Origin: Octopus vulgaris
Taxonomy: Eukaryota
Assembly (NCBI GenBank): GCA_951406725.2
Contig: OX597821.1
Span: 89,218,001-89,282,000 of the forward strand
Direction of reading: 5' to 3'
DNA length: 64,000 bases
Shown piece after piece: positions 57,101 to 64,000 of the stretch. The notes under the pieces are model-generated. The model did not search any database and was not told where the DNA came from. It worked only from the letters and a program-made list of their open reading frames with translations. Every line of letters begins with the position of its first letter. Positions within the stretch are counted from its first letter, which is position 1. Made by a program: the position numbers and the translations under genes.

Positions 57101-58124
57101 AACATCTCCTCTTTATTGAGTAATACTCATTGTTAAAATGTTAATACTTTCTTTTTTGTTACACCTATTTACACGCAAATCCCTCACAATAACACACATC
57201 CACACACTACCACACACACACTACTACATATCCACAAACTACCACACACACTCAATGATTTGTTCTGTGGCGTCCTTAATACTTTTTTCTAAATGTAAAC
57301 ATACACATAAAGAAATCATCATCATCATCATCATCATCATTGATATTATTCTTGCTATTATTATCGTTATTCATTTTATTCATTTTTTATCCAGGCTTTC
57401 ATTTTCTATTTATTTGTTTGTTCATTTATTTACTCACTTGACCCTTCCTCTCATCTTATATAGTTCCGGTTTTCTCATTAGTTTATCTCCTCTTCTTTGT
57501 TCACATCCCTACACTGTCACTTCTATTTCCTCTTGTTATCTCTCTGTCTGTATCCATTCCTGCTTTATAGATATTCCACCCATTCTGGCAACGTCCTTTC
57601 CTCATCTAGTAGGCAACATAAACTACCCTAAACCAGATATAAAGGACAAATTCTACCATAGTATATATATTTTGAAATGTCTTAACTGAGGACGATAATG
57701 TGTATGAGATGAATTCCTTTATTACTATTATGCAATGATCTGAAACGCACATATTAAATTCTTCAAAATATCAATACTTATTTTGACTTCACTATTATTT
57801 ACTATGAGCCTTCATCTCAGAAGAAGCTAGACAGCCCCTACTCCTTTTACATGGATAATCTATCAAGGATTTGGAGAGGTTTGTTCTATTCAACTCAAGT
57901 AGGAAAATTCTGGTAATGTGCATCGCTTCAAAGCATAACACGAAATATGCACATGTGTCTGTATGTATATATGCACGCACACACAAACAATTATGTTGAT
58001 TATGATTTTATATCTGTGTGTGTGTGTTTGTGTGTGTTTGTGTTTATGTGTGTGTTTGTGTTTGTGTGTGTGTTTGTGTTTGTGTGTGTATTTGTGTTTG
58101 TATGTGTGTGTGTAAATGCAGACA

Positions 58125-58218
<94 letters not shown>

Positions 58219-59843
58219 TATATGCAATTTCCATATCATTCTGTTATTTCATGGATGTTGTTCCAGCTCAAAAGAAAGCAAAATATATATTTTTACTTCT
58301 ATTTTTTTCATTTTCGAGGAGTTTTTGCAATATCAGCAGGAAAAAATTCTTACCCACATGCACACGCCCGCACGCACACACTAAATACATACATACATAC
58401 ATATATACGTACATATATATACATGAATGAATTTATACACACACACACGCACACACACACACACACACATATATATATGTATATATATTTGATATAATTA
58501 AATACATATAACATGCATATAAACACTCACATAGACTTATATACATACCTTTAAAAATACAAAAACTTATGAATATAATTTCATATCTGTATATATTTTT
58601 ATAGTTAAACATAGTTACAGATTTGTATATAAATTTATTTATATTTTTTCCTATGCACATGTAATTTTATCTGTTAAAAAATTTTGAATGAAATAGGCTT
58701 AAAATAAAATATACATGCGTGTGACATTTTCTTTAAAAAATACTTCATTTTTATTTATTCATCATTTTTTCCCGTGTTTATTCTATTGAATAACATATAA
58801 AACTCTATATACTTTCAGTTATATTTTCAATATTTACAAAATATTGATTTCTTTTTTCAATATAGATACATATACTCTTAGTTGTATAGGTTTATAAGCA
58901 TATAGTTAATGTGCTTAAATAAGGAAGAATCATATTGTGACATTTATGCATTTCCTCAAGGTCATTTGAGGCGCATATGGAGTGAAAGAGCTACCATCGC
59001 AACCACTGCAAATTAGTATCAAATCTAAATCACAGATTTGATGTTTCCATCCGGATAATTCCTCTATATCTAAGTTTACATTAACATCATTATCTGCCTA
59101 CGACAAAGTAGGAAACCTTTCACTTTTCATTTAATCTGCTAGATTTTGTTGCTAAATAACCCTAAAATTACACTCTACCATTTTAAGCATAGACAGATAC
59201 ATTGGATAATATAATGTTAGATATGCTGTCAGAATAAAATGCAGGTGGACATAGCTGGAACACCTTTGATTATAGCCTGCTTGATTAAATCAAGTTTTGT
59301 TGGGTGGGGTAGATCAACAACAACAATGATAACAATAATAACCAATTATATATACATACTAAAGTATATTATACATAATAAAGTATATAATACATGACAG
59401 ATTTGAGAGCGTTATCCTTTAAAAGGTAACTAAATACCTGTCACAATAAAGAAGTTATAAGTTTTAAAGGTTTTATTAAGGAAGATTAGTGACTTGCATA
59501 TTAAAGAAAATATACCCATTTAACTGGATTACAACCAGAAGCAAACAAACTTTCTTGAATGTCACATTTAGTTGTCATGTCCCTCCTACTTCCTCTCTAT
59601 ACTCTGTTGTTTTTTATTACTTCATAGTAGTTCTTTTTTCTTTTTTAAGGTGGGGGATAAAAGAATGCGATTTGGCATCACTTATGGTTGCCATTTTGTT
59701 TACAATTTTTCCGTTCTCCATTAGGACTTATAAGAGCTGAGATATTTTATTCTTCATCAAGTATTTTTATATGATGTATATGTTTCCAAAACTAGTATCC
59801 TTTACATTAGTTGATATTATTGTTGTTGTTTAGTCCTGTTTAA

Positions 59844-60063
59844 CCCTTTCGTCACCAACCCGGCTGAAACCGGTTCTGGCTCTGAGTACAAATGTCTTGT
59901 TTTCATAAGTTTTGAATTAAAATCTTCCACCAAACGATAGTCACAATTTATGTTCCTAACACTAGTTGAATGATAACTAAGTTATTTTACCAAATTCTTT
60001 GTTATATTTAGAGTAATTGAAAGAAACACAGAACATCTCAAAATAAATACAGTAATGAAAGGG
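59844..60063. mobile_element. piggyBac-type MITE (220 bp)
   Basis: TTAA|ccctttcgtcac ... gtaatgaaaggg|TTAA. Confidence 0.85.
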
Positions 60064-60237
60064 TTAAGGAGACCTGTGATCACAGACAATCCATTCATGA
60101 CCTTTTCTTCTTTTCAGTTAAGTGATTCTAAAACAATACTGTTCAGCACATCCTTCGATTTTTAAAGACAATAGGATGCAGCTTTTAGCAAATTGAACCA
60201 CATTGTTGAGGCTCCCCCATAGGCTTACCTTTATCTC

Positions 60238-60462
60238 CTTTCTTTACTGCCCACAGGGTGGCTAAACATAGAGGGGACAAACAAGGACAGACATAGGTAT
60301 TAAGTCGATTACATCGACCCCAGTGCGTAACTGGTACTTAATTTATCGACCCCGAAAGGCAAAGTCGACCTCGGCGGAATTTGAACTCAGAACGTATCAG
60401 CAGATGAAATACCACTAAGCATTTCGCCCAGCATGCTAACGTTTCTACCAGCTCACCACCTT
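60238..60462 (-). mobile_element. SINE family B copy
   Basis: aagtcgattacatcgaccccagtgcgtaactggtacttaatttatcgacccc...gaatttgaactcagaacg...ccagctcaccacc. Confidence 0.85.
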
Positions 60463-62758
60463 ACTTTTTCAGTTCACGCATATAGCCGTGCTCTTCATCG
60501 ACAGACAAGCCAAGTGATCCCCCATCCAGCTATCCTCTATCTTGATTTACTTCTTGGCTTACCTCTGTCTTCATTTACTCAATTAGCACCAAACCCAAAG
60601 CATATGAATGTATGGTGTTATGTAATGCTCATAATTTTCTAAATATCCGCTTAGACTAACCAAAATCATTTTTTGAATTAATGTTTTTCTTATCACTTTA
60701 CAGTCATGTTTCTATTCTTCCCGAGTTGGCTGCCATTTCTAGAGTATGAGTCCTACCACTGTGACTGACTTTTTAAGTTGTACTTGAAAAATCTAGCATC
60801 ATGAGATGAAACTTCATGACTACTTCCCATGTCTTCCTTAATCTTTTTTTCTTTTTCAGTCCTTACCCAAGTTTTCCCTCTTGCAAACTCCATTTGATTC
60901 TGAATATTAACTCAGAATTGTTAAAATTTAAACAATTCTGATTTTCTAATCCATTTATATTTTAGTCAAGAGAAATGTGTTTTAACCATGAATTTTGCAG
61001 ATCCTCCTTGACTGCTGACTCTAATGCAGATAATGTTTATTTGGTAGAGAAGATGCAGGCCCAGGATCTTTACTGATACCAAAATTAGACTGTCAGGGTT
61101 CTCCACTTTCAAATTTTTTGCATGTACTGACTCTTGAGTCATTACTGTGGAAGCATTAAATAACGAGGAGTAATCTAAACTAATTAAGATTAAGAAGTGT
61201 TCTGGCATACACAGACAAAGGTGGACTTTTGACAATCAGTTATAGTAAATTTAGCAGCTCTACACAATTTCTATCTACTTCTATTCATTTGCAAGGCTTG
61301 GGTCAGCCTGAGTCTATAGTAAAGACAGTTGCTCAAGATGCCTCACAGTGGGAACAAACCTCAGGTTGTGAGATTCTGTAAGACATTAAATAACATTTAG
61401 ACTAACTATATTTGTCTACATAAAATGTATATATAACAGAATATAAACCACTGAAAGCAAAAAAAGCACAGATCACTTATTATATGCAGAAATACAGTGC
61501 ACTAAATCAGTGCACTAAATCAAATGAAGCATATTAGTGATAGTCATTCTATTGACCTGGTTGTAATGAAATGCAAATTCTACCTTGGTGGGATTTAGAC
61601 TTAGAAAGTATAAGGACATGACTGAATACTAATGCTCTACTATCCCTACCAACTCACCATCCTTTCACTTACATGTATTATATTACAAATATTACCATGG
61701 TGAGAGTTTTCACATTATTCTTGTCTTATATGATAACAACAAAATATCTAACTAGATCTGCACAGTATCTCGCAGTTTGACAATATGATTTAAATGGAAA
61801 TAAATGGGCATGAAATACATAGACAATGTCATGTGGCTGACAATGTACCAATACCATCATCATTATCATCGTCCTCATCATCATCATTATCATCATAATC
61901 GACATCATCATCAGTATCGCCATCGCTGTCTTCATTTCCATAGAATCTAGCAAGATAGCAAACAATTATTTTCACCTCTAGCTAATGCCATTAGTGAATA
62001 AATGAAACTGTATATCCACCCAAAAGAAGCGATATTCCAGTGTAGAATCAATAACTTTCCATGAACTGTGTGATATGTGATATATGATAGGATACATATA
62101 TATTCCGCTATTGACCTTTTTATCATTTCTAATCAGTTTTAACCATATTTGTGCTTCTCTTTTTGTGTGTCTGTTTTATATCAGGTTTTACTTTTCAATT
62201 TTCACCAGATTACGTTGTATAAGTAATAAATATATATTGCAACTTGGTCTGGTGAAAGACTTGCATTGAATACTTCTACTGACTTCTGAAAAAGTTCTGT
62301 TGACAGCTTGGAAATACTGCAATTCTGGGGATTCTCTTGTGGGGTGTGTAGAATTACATTGACTATAATAAGTTTGGTATGAGCTTTTAATGTCAATGGT
62401 TTAGGTCAGCTTTTCTCGCCTTGGGGTAAATTGTAACTGGATTTTCTCGAAGCTAGTCACAAATATCAATAAAATTTTGCATGCAAAGAGATGATTTTTA
62501 TATACTTTTACAAAAACCACAGCTTGCTATGCTTATAATCATCAGTTGATAAACAGAATTGTTGGAGATTTTCATCACTTTACCAAGGTTTCGGTGTGTT
62601 TGTGGCTTATACACTCAACTCTTAGTTGCTAGGACCAACTTCCAGCTTTCTGGGGAAAAGAATTGCATATAGAACTACAACAATTTCTACTTTGAGGTGA
62701 AGAGAATATATACATATATACATTTATCTGTGTGTGTGTGTATACCTATGCAATTTGC

Positions 62759-62792
<34 letters not shown>

Positions 62793-62862
62793 TATATATA
62801 TATATATATACACACATATATATACATATACACATATATATATACATATACATATATATATA

Positions 62863-63024
62863 GGCGCAGGAGTGGCTGTGTGGTAAGCAACTTTCTTAGG
62901 AACCACATGGTTCTGGGTTCAGTCCCACTGCATGGCACCTTGGGCAAGTGTCTTCTACTTTAGCCTCAGGCCAACCAAAGCCTTGTGAGTGGATTTGGTA
63001 GACAGAAACTGAAAGACGCCCATC

Positions 63025-63068
<44 letters not shown>

Positions 63069-63283
63069 ATGTTTGTGTGTCTGTGTTTGTCCCCCCAACA
63101 TCGCTTGACAACCGATGCTGGTGTGTTTACGTCCCCGTAACTTAGCGGTTTGGCAAAAGAGACTGATAGAATAAGTACTAGGCTTCCAAAGAATAAGTCC
63201 TGAGGTCGATTTGCTTGATTAAAGGTGGTGCTCCAGCATGGTCGCAGTCAAATGACTGAAACAAGTAAAAAGAGAAAAAGGAG
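62863..63283 (+). mobile_element. SINE family A, full-length copy
   Basis: ggcgcaggagtggctgtgtggtaag ... aatgactgaaacaagtaaaaagag. Confidence 0.9.
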
Positions 63284-63344
63284 TCTTTTTTTCCCCCACA
63301 TCCATAACGGATATTTTTGAGGAATCCTTTTCCTGATTTTTTTG

Positions 63345-63680
63345 TACGTCGTGTTTCCTTCTGCTATGGACTGTAAGGTTAGATTTTGGTTCATTTGTTC
63401 CAATCTAGAAAGAATTCTTGCCCGAATTCTGTATCTTGCTGTAAGGCCGTGTACGAAAATATGACACTTGAACCCCTCAGATATAAGTTCTTTGAGTTTA
63501 AAATTTTCACACATACTGGTAACTGTTCCTGCTTATATGATAAAATCATCATTCTCTTTTTTCGCAATATTCCAACACTCCATTCGAGTGTTAAATAGAG
63601 AAGTTTTATCATCGAACATGTTAGACTTTAATTCTATTTCGTTTTTGGATTTGGCTTGCAAGATTCTTTATATGAGTTTG
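63345..63680 (-). pseudogene. Ty3/Gypsy-like gag remnant
   Basis: MFDDKTSLFNTRMECWNIAKKENDDF...AGTVTSMCENFKLKELISEGFKCHIFVHGL...IRARILSRLEQMNQNLTLQSIAE, typical of K02A2.6-like gag. Confidence 0.65.
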
Positions 63681-63695
63681 TGTGTTGAAGCATAT

Positions 63696-63835
63696 TCTGT
63701 TGTGTCTGGGGAGAGTCATTTTTTTTTTGTGCCTGATTATTTAACACACTCACCGGTAAAATTTCCACTTATTTCCGGTGAGTGTGTTAAATAATAAGGC
63801 ACAAAAAGAAAATGACTCTCCCCAGACACAACAGA
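63696..63835. repeat. Near-perfect inverted repeat (~61-bp arms, 18-bp spacer)
   Basis: tctgttgtgtctggggagagtcatt...acactcaccgg / ccggtgagtgtg...aatgactctccccagacacaacaga. Confidence 0.9.
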
Positions 63836-64000
63836 GTAATTCTATTGTTTCTTTAAAACAAAGTTGATTGGGTTCTTTGGGCAATACGAAATTACAGTAA
63901 CGTTCATGCTCTAACGTAGCTAGTTTTCACAATAATAATCTCACTTTTTGTTTGTCCAACCTTGATTTGCAACCTAACTTAAAAATCTCATCGTACCGTC

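Noticed and set aside
60960-62400. Possible exons after polypyrimidine-AG sites (60966, 62209)
   Set aside because: No sustained open frame or recognisable protein similarity.

Overview
AT-rich, microsatellite-saturated eukaryotic DNA. The repeat families look like those of an Octopus (coleoid cephalopod) genome; this is an inference from pattern recognition, not a database result. I found no convincing host protein-coding gene, and most listed ORFs are translations of simple repeats. The window is a transposon graveyard: three tRNA-derived SINE families, several mariner/Tc1 remnants, a decayed KRBA2/SCAND3-like DDE integrase element, RTE, CR1 and L1/Tx1 LINE ends, a Gypsy gag remnant, a non-autonomous Helitron, a piggyBac-type MITE and Penelope-like element (PLE) fragments. 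The standout is a non-coding array at ~35970-39820. It has about 7 near-identical 480-bp tandem units preceded by one inverted unit. Six units carry an intact type I hammerhead ribozyme, giving a retrozyme/Penelope-pLTR-like system predicted to self-cleave into ~480-nt monomers that may circularise. The array sits in the (TA)n tract of an older SINE, splitting it in two. At least four other hammerhead-like families occur in small insertions next to microsatellites, including one with a tRNA/Pol III-type head and one with a compensated U3:A8 core.
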